Of a stretch of 64,000 nt of DNA, positions 45,938-58,906 are shown piece after piece. The position numbers and the translations under genes are program-made. The stretch lies in the NCBI RefSeq assembly GCF_009914755.1, contig NC_060925.1. One strand, given 5' to 3'. The notes below the pieces were generated by a model. The model worked only from the letters and a program-made list of their open reading frames with translations, did not search any database and had not been told where the DNA came from. The DNA comes from the human T2T-CHM13v2.0 reference genome, Homo sapiens. Numbering within the stretch: the first letter of the stretch is position 1; every line of letters begins with the position of its first letter.

Positions 45938-46143
45938 AAAGTGCTGCCCCGGGTAGGCAGACTGACGGTGCGCGAGACCCTGTCCCGGTAATAGGGGTCT
46001 CGGACAGAGAAGCCCACTCCGTCCTCTTTGATCTCAACGAGGGAGGCCAGGGACTTGGTGATGTTCTTGGTGGAGATATCCAGTGGGGGGCCCAGGCACT
46101 CAGCCGACACAGCTTTCATTTGGGCAGACAGTTTGGGCTCGCT
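45938..46143 (-). CDS. KIF21B: KIF21B exon
   Basis: [42 protein letters not shown]...LPTRGST; 206 nt. Confidence 0.93.
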
Positions 46144-46218
46144 CTGGGAAAAGAAGAACAGGGTGGATCAACTTGCCCAAATTGCATGGCACATAAAGGG
46201 GAGCCAGGGGAAATTCTA

Positions 46219-46484
46219 TTTTTTTTTTTTTGAGACAGTGGTGCAAACATGGCTCACTGCAGCCTCAACTTCCTAGGCTCATGCGATCCCCTCACCTCAG
46301 CCTCCTCGAGCAGCTGAGACTACAGGCACGTGCCACCATAGCCGGATAATTAAAAATTTTTTTTCTGTAGAGATAGGGTCTCGCCATGTTGTCCAGGCTG
46401 GTCTTGAACTCCTGGGCTCACAAAATCCTCTTGCCTCAGACTCCCAAAGTGCTGGGATTACAGGCATGAGCCACCACACCCAGC
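46219..46484 (-). mobile_element. AluJ
   Basis: Antisense Alu with a deletion near its 3' end. Confidence 0.85.
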
Positions 46485-47237
46485 CCGCCCGGAAATTCTA
46501 ACAAGAGAAATGATGCCGTCTTGGCCTAAGGTAGAGGACCTGATGGAAGGACCCAGACAGACATCACCTGTGCTCCACAGCTAAACTCTTATGGTTTCTG
46601 GAGAATCCAGAGCAACTGAAATGGTTTCACGGCCCTTAGTTGGACTATGTAAACACAGAATGCCCAGCCTGACTTCTTTGCTGGTCACCAGCTAATCAGT
46701 TTACCTCAAAACTATGCATAATTTGCTATTCCCAGTCTGAAGCTTTTTCCCTCCTTGTCTCCTTAATAAACCCTGCATCTTGCTTCAGTCTAATGAAACT
46801 GATCCCTCATTATTAGGTAAACTTCCTTATTTTTGACTCCCATATGGTTGAATTGACTGTGTGCACGTAAGATAACCAGACATTTAGAGGTAGGTTTTGA
46901 CTTAGAGTGTGAGGCAGAATCATGGGTGGGGGAAAGGGGATATTTTTGAAAGCAGGGCCCCTGGTTATGGTGCTGTTGCTAGCAGGGTGGCAACAGAGGC
47001 TAGCGGTGGCTCCAGCCACTTCTCCCACCTTCCACCCACCTCAGAAGGAATGGGCTGCAACAGGTTACATATCTGGACAACCCCCAATTCCAGACTAAAT
47101 TTTCTTGGCACCTCCCTCCCAGCTGGGGACAACATTGTGTTGTGGCTGAGGGTGGAGCAGAGCCACAGTAAGCGGTGAACAGGCTGTGTGGAGGCTGGCC
47201 CTGCTGCACCCACTGCCTGACTTCCGGCGGGGCTCAC

Positions 47238-47295
47238 CTTGAACTTGAAATCGTCATGGCTGGTGGAGCCTTTCATGGTGAATGACTGGGAGAAG
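47238..47295 (-). CDS. KIF21B: KIF21B exon
   Basis: SFSQSFTMKGSTSHDDFKFK; 58 nt. Confidence 0.9.
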
Positions 47296-47434
47296 CTGAG
47301 GAAGAAGCAGAGAGAGTTCAGGATCCTGAGGAGCCCCCAAATTCAGGCTCAGCCCTGGGACCTATGGCAACTCCTCCCACCAGCCCCAGGTACATGCTGT
47401 GAGCCAGCCTCTCACTCCCAGCTTGCAAACTCAC

Positions 47435-47486
47435 CTGCCCTCAGAGAACTCTGAGATCTCCTCATCTGTGCTGGCGTAGCCATTCT
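47435..47486 (-). CDS. KIF21B: KIF21B exon
   Basis: ENGYASTDEEISEFSEG; 52 nt; required to keep frame. Confidence 0.9.
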
Positions 47487-47707
47487 CTGTGGGAGGGCGG
47501 GAGGGAGGGAAAGGGGTTGAGAAGCCCTGTCCAAGTGTCGGGGGAGGGATGATGGTCTCCCTCCTATATCTCACCCACTGGAATCAGACCAGGGCTCCTG
47601 GTGGGGGTTAGGGGTGGTTCTGGGGAAGTGAGGGCCTTGTGGGGGTCTGAGCCCAAGAGCACTGGAATGCCAAGGAGCTGGCAGCTTCCAACCGCCCCTA
47701 CCCGTAC

Positions 47708-47873
47708 CCTGCTGCACATTGTAGATGAGGGCCTGCAGCTCGGGGTGAGCTTCAGCCTTCTCACGCAGGGCGTCCAGGAGCAGATGGTTCTGGGAGGAGC
47801 CTGCCATATCCGTCTGCCTCAGTCGGCCCTCCAACAGCCGGATCTGGGCTTCCTTTTGTGCCACTTGCAGCCC
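47708..47873 (-). CDS. KIF21B: KIF21B exon
   Basis: [18 protein letters not shown]...LIYNVQQ; 166 nt. Confidence 0.95.
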
Positions 47874-48081
47874 CTGGGGGCAGGGAACAAAGCCTGGAGT
47901 TACCCCTCCTGGGGGTTGGGAGTCACCCATATCACACAACCTGCACCCCTCAAGACACCTTGGAGTGCTCCTTTCCAGCTCCCAACATCACCCTTGTACC
48001 TGGCACAGACCTGAGAGCACCGCCAGCCCCCTTAGCTCCCACATACACACATTAAGTGAAGGTCACCTTAGGACATACCCT

Positions 48082-48250
48082 ATTATGGGCTAGGTTATGT
48101 CCCCCCAAAACTCATATTCATCTACAGCCAAGGAGAGAGGCCCCAGAAGAAACCAGCCCTGCCAACACCTTGACCTTGGACTTCCTGCCCTCTCTTGTTT
48201 GAGGCTCCCAGACTGGTACTTGGTTATGGCAGCCCTAGCAAACTCATAAA
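48082..48250 (+). mobile_element. MLT1 LTR, internally deleted
   Basis: tgtccccccaaaactcatatt...gccaacaccttgaccttggacttc...gttatggcagccctagcaaact. Confidence 0.7.
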
Positions 48251-48883
48251 GTCCCCAGACACAAAGCGGAGCTGAGAGGAGCTCAGTGGGGCCCAGAGGA
48301 GGGGTCAGGCGGCAGAGTCTCCTGCCTCCTTCCAGAGTTACACAGATGCACACCATGTAGGGTCTGTCCCCAGAGACCACAGGCCCCAGGAGGGAAGGAG
48401 GCACATCCTCTGCTTAGCTCTCTGTCAAGGAGAGAGAAGAGGAGCCCAAGAAATGTCGAGGGACACCTGATGTTCTGGTGTAAACCCTCCTGGGTGGAAT
48501 GTGGTCTGTCTGTAGTTCCCCTACCCCCACATACACACACTTCTCCCTCCACCTCCAGCAGACTCAAGCCTAGCACTGCTTTGGATAGGCTTGGGCCAGA
48601 CACCCAGAGTCAACTTTAACAGAGGCCCTGTTGTGTGCCAGGTGCCAGGCCACGTCCCTTACACACAGCATCTCGTTAAAGCCATGCAACAAGCTACAAG
48701 CTTGGTATGGTCGTCCTCTCAGCTTTACAGCTGTGGCATGGGAGGTGCAGAGGTTAGGCGGCTTGTCCTAGCCTGTGAGTGACGCAGGTGAGGAGGCGCC
48801 AGGCCCCTGGGCTTCACACTAGGGTATATCACAGAGGCATCTGTGCCCATAGAGCCCCCTGCCCATGTACGCTCCCAGCTTAC

Positions 48884-48985
48884 CTTGTCAATGGATGCCT
48901 TGAGGAAGTTGTCTAGCAGGAGGCGGGCTTCAGCCAGGGAGCAGGAGCTGATGACCACGGATGTGTCTGTGGAGTCCAGCTCCTC
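48884..48985 (-). CDS. KIF21B: KIF21B exon
   Basis: [34 protein letters not shown]; 102 nt. Confidence 0.95.
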
Positions 48986-49079
48986 CTAGGACCGGGAGGC
49001 AGAGAGCCCCGTCACCTGGGGCTACCCCTGCCACCCATCTCTCCCGCCTCCGCCCCAGCAGGCCCAGCCCTGCGGATAC

Positions 49080-49274
49080 CTTGGTCTCCTCCAGCTGCAC
49101 GATGGTGGCCTGGCAGTCGGTGATGCCGTCATTGATGTAGTCAATGTTGGCTGCCAGCACCTCGATCTCCTCAGCCAGCTCCTGCAGCCCCTTCTCTTCC
49201 TCGGGGCTCTCAGCCTGCAGCCGCTCCCGCTTCCTCCGCAGTGCCTCCTGCAGGAGGAACAGCTCCTCCCTTTT
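49080..49274 (-). CDS. KIF21B: KIF21B exon, regulatory coiled coil
   Basis: [15 protein letters not shown]...[25 protein letters not shown]; 195 nt. Confidence 0.95.
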
Positions 49275-49517
49275 CTGGGGTCAGAGGGGAGGGTGGTGAT
49301 TGTGATGAAGGAGAGGCCTCAGGTAGCTGCCAAGCCCTGCCCATAGCTTCCACCACAGGCTGGCCTGTGAGGTCCCCCCAGCACCTCTGGATTCCAGAGC
49401 AGGCAAAAGGAGCAGAGGGAAGTGGGGCAGGGAAAGGTCTGAAGAGCCAGAGAAGTTGGAGGTGTCAGAGGACAGGCAGAGGGGTGGAATGGAAGAGAAG
49501 GGGGAGGCAGGGCTCAC

Positions 49518-49665
49518 CTTGATGAGCCGCTCCATGTCAGCCTCCAGGTTGACAATGGTCATTCTCTGCATGACGATGTCAATGATCCGTCGCTCCAGGG
49601 ACTGCCACTTGAGCCTTGCCGCCTTACTGAAGCTCTGGCTGGCCCCCTTCTTCTGGAACTTCTTT
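49518..49665 (-). CDS. KIF21B: KIF21B exon, start of regulatory (autoinhibitory) coiled coil
   Basis: [49 protein letters not shown]; 148 nt. Confidence 0.95.
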
Positions 49666-49858
49666 CTGGGAGACATAGGCAAAGGGGATTGGATGGGACT
49701 CCTTTTAACCTCTGCAGCTCCACTGAGCCCCCATCTGGAGCTGACAGCCACGGGGACCCGGAGCACTCCCCAGAGCTTCCCTCTTCCTCACCCTGGCCCT
49801 GCCCCATATTCCCACCCCCTCTGCCTGCACAGGCCAGGGGACTGCCAGTCCACCTTAC

Positions 49859-50091
49859 CGGGCAGGACGGGTGCCATTGACAGTGGGCGCAGGATGGTCC
49901 CCCAAGAAGTGGTTGATTTTGCGGTTCCACTGGCGCACGATGCTGGAGACAGAGCGGGCCCCTGATTCAGCCTCAGATGAGGTAGTGCTGGCCGACACCT
50001 CAGCCCCAGAGTCCAGCATGGGTGGCTTTAGTCCTGCACGCCCTGCCACCCGCTCAGACATGGGCTTGGCCAGGCGCCTCAGTGCAGAAAC
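49859..50091 (-). CDS. KIF21B: KIF21B exon
   Basis: [18 protein letters not shown]...TVNGTRPA; 233 nt. Confidence 0.94.
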
Positions 50092-50598
50092 CTGGGGCAG
50101 CAGGGAGAAAAGAGGGAGCCGGTGAGCAGGGTGGCCTGGAGCCACACAGAAGGGCCCAGGTTGGGGTGCCGGGCAGCAGGAACACAGAGGCTGCTCTGTG
50201 CTGGCCTGGGCTTGGGCTGCAAAAGGGCCAAGGGGTCTCTGTTTGATGTGACATGCACACAAAAGAGGCTGCCACCTTCTTTTTTTAACGCACAGCTCAG
50301 GCATTTGGGAACTGGCCTGCAGTCTGCCCTGCAGCCTGAGCTCTTGTTGAGAAAGGCCCTTCTAATAGGTTGGACACAATTTGGACACCAAATATGCTTG
50401 CTGAATGGAAGGAGGGAGAGCCAGGGCCACAGGCAGGGCTTGCTTCCCCTCCCTGCCGGCTCTGGCAGAACTGGGAAATACCGCCTTTATTCCACCGCCA
50501 GGAAGTTGGAGGCCCAAAAGAGAAGGCAAGCAATGCACACATGCACGCACACATGTGCAGCAGGGCCAGGGCCTCGCCAGCCCCTCGAGTGAGCTCAC

Positions 50599-50667
50599 CT
50601 CCTGGGTCTTCCTCCTCAGGACCATCTCCTGCTGCCGCTTCTGGGACTCCAGAGCTCGGATCTGAAA
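50599..50667 (-). CDS. KIF21B: KIF21B exon
   Basis: [23 protein letters not shown]; 69 nt. Confidence 0.94.
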
Positions 50668-50973
50668 CTGTGGGAGACAGAAGAGGGCTGGGCTCCACAC
50701 TCAGGCACCTTAGCCCTCTCTGTCTGTGTACAGGCTGGCTAGCCCTGTAGTTGAAAGCCTGGGCTTCAGGGTGATTCTCATGCAGCCAAACTCTTGATAA
50801 AGTGGGACCCAGGGTTGAGCTCCCCTCCCCAGAGGTTGCAGTGAAAACTGCTTTCTCCACAAGGGCAATTTCCTTAGCCTCTTCTTCCCTCCAGTGAGGA
50901 GGAATCCTGGAGCGGAGGGCTCAGCCCTACTGGGGCTTCTCTGCAGGGCCTGAAGCTGCACATTTCCAGCTTG

Positions 50974-51053
50974 CTGGTCACCTTGGGCAAGTTCCTTCCC
51001 CTCTCCAGGGCTCAAGTCCCTCCTCTTAACATGTGGGGGCTGGACCAGAAGCC
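50974..51053. repeat. 80-bp direct repeat, copy 1 (MIR-like)
   Basis: Identical (80/80) to 52260-52339. Confidence 0.93.
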
Positions 51054-51223
51054 ACAGGGTCTCATCTTGCTCTGACAGGCTGTACTGTCCTCCAAGCATG
51101 ACCATTACCACTTAGGACAGTGGAGACTGAGGCCCGCTTGGTCAGGAGGGGCAGCCAGGTGCACCAGGAGGCTGGGAGTGCTAGGGCCAAAGGCTCCTGG
51201 GAGGCTCAAGGGCCACCCCTCAC

Positions 51224-51331
51224 CTCCTGTCGCCGCTGCTCCTTCTTGAGCTGTGCGATCTCCCGGTTCCTCTTGGTCTCCACTAGCCGCCGCCGCTGTT
51301 GCTCCTCACGCATCTGCTTCATCAGGGCCAC
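51224..51331 (-). CDS. KIF21B: KIF21B exon, stalk (phase 0-0)
   Basis: [36 protein letters not shown]; 108 nt. Confidence 0.95.
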
Positions 51332-52259
51332 CTGGGATGGGCAGAGATTATGGTGGTGAGACAGGGCTGGGAGGCAGGTGGCCCACACTCTCCAGGGAGG
51401 GGCCAGCTCTGAGGGCATGGGGCAGGGATAGTGGCTAGCCAGGCAACACTGGCTCAGGGCCTGGGGGTCTGAAGTGAGGGGTTCTACCTCCCACTCCTCC
51501 ATAGGAGCTTAAGCCGCCTGGGCAAGCTGCCAAAAGGAGTGGCCTCACAGCCAGCCCAGCAGTGCAGGTGCCCCACTCTGCAGGGCCCAACTGTGGCCCT
51601 TGCTGCTTGGAATGCCACAGCCCCTGGTGGCCCTCACCCACAGCCACTGTCCTGTGTCTGGCCATTCCAGAAACAGTCTGGGTTGCTGGAGGCAGGTAAT
51701 CCTCTCCCCTGCTGAAGGCTGAGCTGCAGACAGGGCTGAGGTGAAGATCAGGGCCCTCATGGCCAGGCTCACAGTGACAGCAATAAAAACCACCATTATT
51801 TACTGAGACCCAGCTGTATGCCAGGCACCCTCCTCATGACAATCATGAGAGAGGCATTATCGTTCCTGTTTTACAAACAAGGAAATGAGCCTCAGAGAGA
51901 CAAAAGGACTTAAAGTCATAAAACTAGTAATGGATGGCCATATTCCGAAAACAAATCATCGCCTCCCAGTCAGCTCTTCCTGCAGCCCCAGGGATGGCTC
52001 CGTGGTAGGTCAGCAAAGCTAAGGACCAAGCACAGAGAACCTGGACCCCAGAGTTGTTGGAAATGTAGCCAAAGGCACAGAAAGCACCATTAGTGCGGCC
52101 GGAGGCGACCCAATGTGCTGGGAAGCCACTGACCTCGGGCCCTGCGGCATCTGCCTCCCTATTCCTGGTGCCCAGAACATAGAAGTGTAATGTACACAGG
52201 GCTTTGGACACCTTCCAAGTGACAGGGGCATAAGGAACACATGACAGTTGATCCTTCCT

Positions 52260-52339
52260 CTGGTCACCTTGGGCAAGTTCCTTCCCCTCTCCAGGGCTCA
52301 AGTCCCTCCTCTTAACATGTGGGGGCTGGACCAGAAGCC
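52260..52339. repeat. 80-bp direct repeat, copy 2 (MIR-like)
   Basis: Identical (80/80) to 50974-51053. Confidence 0.93.
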
Positions 52340-52401
52340 TCGAACATCACCAGGAATGTCATCAACCTGTCCTGCCCTCAAAACAGTCAAGAAAGGAAAC
52401 A

Positions 52402-52730
52402 GGCCGAGCGCGGTGGCTCACACCTGTAATCCCAGCACTGGCACTTTGGAGGCTAAGGTGGAAGGAATGCTTGATTCTAGGAGTTCAAGATCAGCCTGGG
52501 CAACATAGTGAGACTCTGTCTCCAACAAAAATAATACAAAAACTAGCCCGGTGTGGTGGTGTGTGCCCATAGTCCCACCTACTCAGGAGGCTGAGGTAGG
52601 AGGATTACTTAAGCCCAGGAGGTTGAGGCTGCAATGAGCTGTGTTAGCGCCACTGCACTCCAGCCAGGGCAACAGAGCAAGACTCTGCCTTTAAAACAAA
52701 ACAAAACAAAAAAAAAAAAAAAGAGAGAGA
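52402..52730 (+). mobile_element. AluJ
   Basis: Full length with polyA. Confidence 0.88.
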
Positions 52731-55137
52731 AAGAAAAACGAAATGGCATGAGGGAGTGGGCTAATGGCCAGCAGGGTCAGCTTCTTTCTGGGAGGGTGGG
52801 AGGGCAGGCAGGCTCTGTTGGGGTGAATCTGCAGAGAAGAGGAGGGATTGCTTGCTGCTGGGGCTTTGGGGTCCAGAATGAGTGTTCTCCCAAAGGACTG
52901 GAAGAACAAGTCAGACCCTCGGCTAAAAGTGGACCTGAAAACTCCAGCATCCCAGGAGCTGTGTGCAAACCCAAGGTGTCAGGTGTCTTCCGGGGTCAGG
53001 GGCTTAAGGCTTCCTGGGGAGGTGCTATGTCTTCCTGGTCAAAGACTCATCCACCCGACTTTGCATGTGTAGCCAAGCACCATGGTGGCTACCACAGAGG
53101 CAAAGGTCTCAGAACAGGTGAGCACATTCCAGGCACATGACAAGCGGAAACATGCCACGGTACCCGAGACCAGCATCACTTCGCAGGTTTAAGGTAGAAG
53201 GCATTGTGGCCTCTCCCTGGGAGACCCCGTGGCTGCAGGCCCCACCCCAGTTCCATTCTGTGAATCGCTGGGGCCCTGTAGCTGAACAGCCATGGGAGGA
53301 TTCTGGGGCACTGGCTCTCACAGTGTCTGATTTGAATCCTCGGCTGCTGCACCTTCTGTCCCTCCAACAGAAAACCTAGGCCCCTCCTGGGATGACCCAA
53401 GGGTGTTCCTCTCTGCTTCTAGCTCTGGGTTCATAAGAACACTGTCAATGTGGACAGAGCCAGGCACGTGGCTGAAGGAGCTCAGCAATCCAGAGACTGA
53501 AACACAGGTCTACACATGAGCCTTCTGTCAGATGCATCTTGGCGTTACATTATTTGCCAGGCTTCAGAGCCATACAAGGATCTTCCCTCATGAGGCTCTC
53601 CAGGGCCTCCGCAGCTGAGATGTGAGCTGGCCAGGACACGATGGGGTACCCTGCAATGGCATCAGCTGGGAACTCCCAGGGAGACAGAGTGGGGACGCAC
53701 ATAAGCGCACCCCAGAAGCTGCAACAGCATGTGCAGGCCCCTGTTGGGAGTGCTGCTCCACCCCAGAGATAATGAAGGCCCACCAGCCCCTCCCTCTAAA
53801 CCATCAGTGGGTGCAGGGGCCCTTGGGTGATCTGGGTACTTGAGTCCACACTTGAGTCTCAACACCCCACAGGGTGAACGCACTGAAGGAGATGGTGCAA
53901 ACAGGGCTCCTTGGGGCCAGCCCAGGCCAAGCAGGTCTGAGCACAGCAAGGCAGGGACTTCTCCACTCTAGTCAGGTTGATGAAGCCTCCGGACCTGCAG
54001 CCCAGGCTTGGGCACAGAGCCTGCCCAGGTGAGGTGGCTGGGCCTCAATGACAGCTATGGGTCCACCACCTCTTCTCAGAATCTACATCAGCCACCACTG
54101 CATTGCCTCTCTCCTCTGCACATTGAGTCGGCTGTGAGCATGTAGCTACCAATGGCTGCTAGATGCCCCATCAGCCCCAGGCACTGGGGAGCTCCCCTTT
54201 CCTATGTCTCTGTCCCCAAGGCCAGCCCTTCACAGCTTACTGGGGCTGCCACCAGTGCCCAGGGCCTAGCCCAGGGCTGTGGGGATCTGGGCTCCACTGA
54301 GGGCTGAGGATCAGAGCAGGCAGGAATGTAGGACTTGGAAGGTCCAAGGGGAGGGAGGACTGAAAGGGAGCATGGATCTGCTGAGCCCCAGACAGGAGCC
54401 AGAACACACCAGACACTGGAAACACAAGACTTGAGCCCTGAAGTCAGAAGCACAGGGGCAGGCCCCAGGCCCCAGAGACTAGAGCACTCTGAGTGGTGGC
54501 AAAGTAGAAAAGGGAGGCATTGTGCCACCTGGAACACACAGTGGCTTGGGAGCCAGAGAACTGAGTTCAAATCCCAGTGCTACCTCTTGGAAGCTGGAAT
54601 TAACTTCTCTGAGCCTCACTTTCTCATACATAAAAGAATAATAATAGACTTCTTTCAAGAGGTTCTTCTAAGGACTGAATGTGATCATGCGTGTGAGATG
54701 ACTAGCCTGGAGCCTGGCCATAGTAAATGTTCAAACGATGGTAACTGTTACTATTATCACTCAGGGCCAGGTTGCACCAAATGAGAGGCCTCATGTGCAC
54801 TTTGCGCAGACCCGAAGCGAGTATGCTGCAGCCTCCCCAACAGGAGGCAGCACCAAGTGGGGTCCCCTGAAATCCTCACCTGCCCTGAACACGACCCCTG
54901 TGCACCCCAGCATCCCCGCACACTGGCCCCACTACTGGGCAGGGTGTTTCACCTTGGACGATGCACTCAGCTAAGAGGACCGTGTCAAGGGCCAAGACAG
55001 GGTCAAACTAGGTTAATGCTGTGTGTTGAGAAGAGAATCCACACTTGACAGCAATGATTATTTTTACGATGGTGAGTGGATTCTAAGAAGATGTCACAGG
55101 CACTCCAGGCCCCACTCCTCACACCCTCGGCCCCTAC

Positions 55138-55337
55138 CTTGGCCTTCTTCATCTCAGCCACCTCGGCCTGTAGCTTCTTCAGCTCCCTCTCGTAGCGCGA
55201 CTGGTTCTTAAGCAGCCGGGCGTGCTCTTTCTGGGCGGCCTGCAGCTTCTGCAGGTCCCGGTTCATCTCCCGCAGCCTCTTCTCATAGTCTGCCTTGATC
55301 TTGTTGGCCTTCTCCTCAGTATAGCACTCCATGGTGC
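55138..55337 (-). CDS. KIF21B: KIF21B exon, stalk coiled coil
   Basis: [22 protein letters not shown]...EMKKAK; 200 nt. Confidence 0.95.
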
Positions 55338-55759
55338 CTGAGAGCAAGGAGACGCAGCTGTCGGTGCTGGGTCCCTAAGGGCTCCCACTAAATACAGGGT
55401 CATCAAGGGGGAACGCAGGAACCCTCTGTTCCAGTCTCATTGTATGACCTTGGGCAAGTCACACCCCTCTCTGAGCCTGTTTCATCATTTGAATGAGGGG
55501 GTCAGACTAGTTGATGCCCAAGGCCCCTTCCTGCTCTGACATCCTATTGTAATGGGCAGGGGTGTTTTCATCTTAAGATCTCTGAACCCCTGGTCCCCAA
55601 CTTCCCACGAGGGTCCTGTAACTCACTCATGCTGGCTGGGTTCTGACCCATGATCCAGTGTTGGAGGAAAGAGCTGGGGCCTGTGGGAAGGGGAAGAGTT
55701 TGCAAGAGAAGACAGAATGGTGTGGGCCAGGGCAGAAGGAATAAGCTGATTCTCCACTC

Positions 55760-56950
55760 TTGGCCTCTCCTACCAGAACTACCAACAGACATCTCCAACT
55801 TAACAGGTACAAAACCCAACTCCTCATTTCTACCCCTCTCCCATCTCAGTACACAGCATCACGCTCCTTCCAGAAGCTCACACCCTGAGGCATCCTTGGC
55901 TCCCCTCTCCCTCACATCTACCTCCCAGCAAGCAATCAACAAAGCCTTCTGGCTCAACCTGAAAAACATATCCAGAATCTGACTTCTCACCACCTCCTAA
56001 GCCACCTCTCCTGGGATCTTTAGAACAGTTTCCTAAGTGGTCTCCAGCTTCCACTTTCACTCCCCCATGCAGCAGCCAGAGTAGTCTTTTAAAAATGCTT
56101 TTAAATTTGGTATCACGTAGCTCTCTTGAAACTCCACACATCCCGTCTCCCTCAGAGTATAAGGCAATGTCCTTACAATGACATTTCTTCTCCGACCTGT
56201 CCCCTCTCACTGTGCTCTAACCATCCTGGTCCCCTTATCGTTCTGCCAAAATGCCAGGCACATGGCACCCTTATGGCCTTGGCATCTCCTGTTCCCTCTG
56301 TCTGGGACGCTCTTCCCCTGGTTGGTGCTGCTCTAGCACTATCAACTCCTTCAAGTCTTTGCTCAGTGAAGTCTTCACGACCATCCTTTAAAAAACTCCA
56401 ATTCGGCCAGGCACGGTGGCTCATGCCTGTAATCCCAGCACTTTGGGAGGCCAAGGAAGGCGGATCACAAGGTCAGGAGTTCAAGACCAGCCTGGCCAAT
56501 ATAGTGAAACCCTGTCTCTACTAAAAATACAAAAATTAGCCGGGCGTGGTGGCGGGCGCTTGTAGTCCCAGCTACTCAGGAGGCTGAGGCAGGAGAATCG
56601 ATTGAACCGGGGGTCAGAGGTTGCAGTTAGCCGAGATCACGCCACTGCACTCCAGCCTGGACAACAGAGAGAGATTTTTGATTTGTTTTGTCTCAAAACA
56701 AAACAAAACAAAACTCCAACTCACTCTTCAGTAGTTCCTGTTCCCCTTCCTGGCTATACTTATCACCATTTGACACACTATAGTTTCTGCTCTTTCGTTT
56801 ATGTTTGTCTTTCCCCACTAGAATGTATGCTGCACGAGAGCAGGGATTCTGTCCACTCCAATATCTCTAGCACTAGAACAATGTCTGCTCTGTAAGACAT
56901 ATTCAACATGTGTTTGCTGAATAAGTAAATCAATGAATGAATAAAAAATG
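55760..56950 (+). mobile_element. L2 3' region interrupted by an AluS (56405-56713)
   Basis: L2-like acatctccaact...aaaacatatccagaatctgac...cactagaatgta...tgtttgctgaat...tgaatgaat end. Confidence 0.7.
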
Positions 56951-57325
56951 GAATGAATGGGCTGAAGAGCAGCATAATGAAGATAGAATGTAAGAACGGT
57001 TACAAACAGGTCCAAAGGAAAAGACCCAAGGAACTGAGTGCAGGAGGAAAGGCTGGGAGTGTCATGTTCGCGTGCCTAGGTATATAAAGAATTCTAATAC
57101 ATGACGTGATAGCAAAGAAAAAAAATCAATTTACAATGTTTCATAGGAACTAGGGTTAGACGTAAGAACCTTTAACTGTGGGTCAAAGGACCACAGTCAA
57201 AGGTTGGGAAGTCCCTTGCCTAGAAGGCCAGGATAACCCCAACACACCAGCTGCTTTTGACAGAGGAGGGGCTCAGGGAAAAGGGAGGGTCCGGATGGGG
57301 TGGAGGGGCATGGCGGTGGCCTCAC

Positions 57326-57517
57326 TGAGGTTCTGCAGCACACGGTCGCGCTCCAGCTGTGTGTCTCGGATCTTGTTCTGCAGCAGAATCAGCTTTTCCT
57401 CATACTGGTGCTTGAGCGTCTGCAACCGCCGCTGGCTGTTCTCCAGCTCGTCGATCAGCTTCTGCTTGATTTCGATCTCACAAGTCAGGTCGGCCAGGTC
57501 CGCCTGGAAGTTCACCT
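57326..57517 (-). CDS. KIF21B: KIF21B exon, stalk coiled coil
   Basis: [32 protein letters not shown]...VLQNL; 192 nt. Confidence 0.95.
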
Positions 57518-58290
57518 CTATGGGGGCACAATCAGGCTCAGCCCAGCGTTAGGGCGAGGGGCAAATTGGGGAGCAGATGTGCCAGTGCTGGGGAGCTGGG
57601 ACCCTCCTTTGGTCAGCCATGACCAATCAGTGACCAGAGACTGGGCAAAATGATAAATCCTAATGCAGGTAGAATGCGGCCAGAAGGAGGAACACATTTA
57701 AAGAGCAGTTCCAGAAAGGCAAGGTAGGGCTCAGGAGCTGGCAGGGGGGATCTACACGTCCTTCCCAGCCATTCGAGGCCAGCATCCACCTGTTCCAGAT
57801 GACATGGGACCAGCTTCAGTGGAGGAGGGTGAGATGGCTGAGAGCAACTTACAGGGCTAGGGCCAGGGCTGGCAGCAGGCAGGGCTGAAGGGGCAGGCAT
57901 CTCCATTTAGAGGAGAGGGCTTTGGCACCAGTCAGGCCTACATTCATGTTTGCTCTGCATGGACCACACTGGGGAAGGTCACTAAACCCCTGTGAGCTTG
58001 TTCCTCTGTGGTGATATAGGGAAGCTCACCACCCCTATGCATACAGTTGCAGTGAAGACTGAAAGAACCTAGCCGCTCAAAGGGTTAAGGTAAGCACAGT
58101 GCCTGGCACCTAATGAACGACCAGGAAGTGTTTGCCATCATTCTCATCATGACTGCCTGTTGTCATTGGTTTCACGTCTGGGAGTGCTGGGGCCTGGACA
58201 CCATTATCTTTGAGCAGGGCCCGACCCCACACTTGGGCACTGGCAGCCAGGCATTGCATCCCCCACAGCCCACAGCTCAGGCCCACGCAC

Positions 58291-58408
58291 CCTTCTCCTC
58301 GGGGTCTGAGTCTGAGTCCACCAGGCTCTCTTCACTGCCCGAGTCCTCATCTTCATCCTCGCGCCCTTCCTCCTCCTCACAGCCACTCTCGTCTCGCTCT
58401 TCCTCCTC
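58291..58408 (-). CDS. KIF21B: KIF21B exon, acidic segment
   Basis: [39 protein letters not shown]; 118 nt. Confidence 0.93.
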
Positions 58409-58824
58409 CTGGGCACCAGGCACCATTGGGGTGGGCCTGGCCTCAGAGAGGGGAGCCCAGAAGCAGAGGTGCATCCCGACACAATGCCTCAGGTGTGTCA
58501 GGAGGGTGGGGATTGGGGCAGGCCACAGCTGAGCCCCCCTGCCCACCCCCTACTCCTGGAAGAGTGCCGCCTCCCCCAACACCACCGCAGAACCCCTCTA
58601 GGAGGGCCTCCCCACCTGCATCATCCGTTTGGGATGAGGTGGGGTCCTAGGGGATGGAGATCACCATGGTAACCAGTCAGAGATATAAGGAAGTACAAGG
58701 ATCAACTGGATGCAGACCCAACCGCCTCCTTCACTCCATACAAGGATGCGGATGGGGCCCCCGCCAACCCCAGCAGGGACACAAGGCATGCATGTGGTGA
58801 GGTGGGGCGGCCCGTGCTCCTCAC

Positions 58825-58906
58825 CTCCTCCGCCTCGTTCTCATCCGTCTCCTCGCTGTTCTCCTGTTGGAGTTTTGCCCTCTTTTTGAAGGCTTCCTTC
58901 TCGGGG
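58825..58906 (-). CDS. KIF21B: KIF21B exon
   Basis: [28 protein letters not shown]; 82 nt. Confidence 0.93.
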
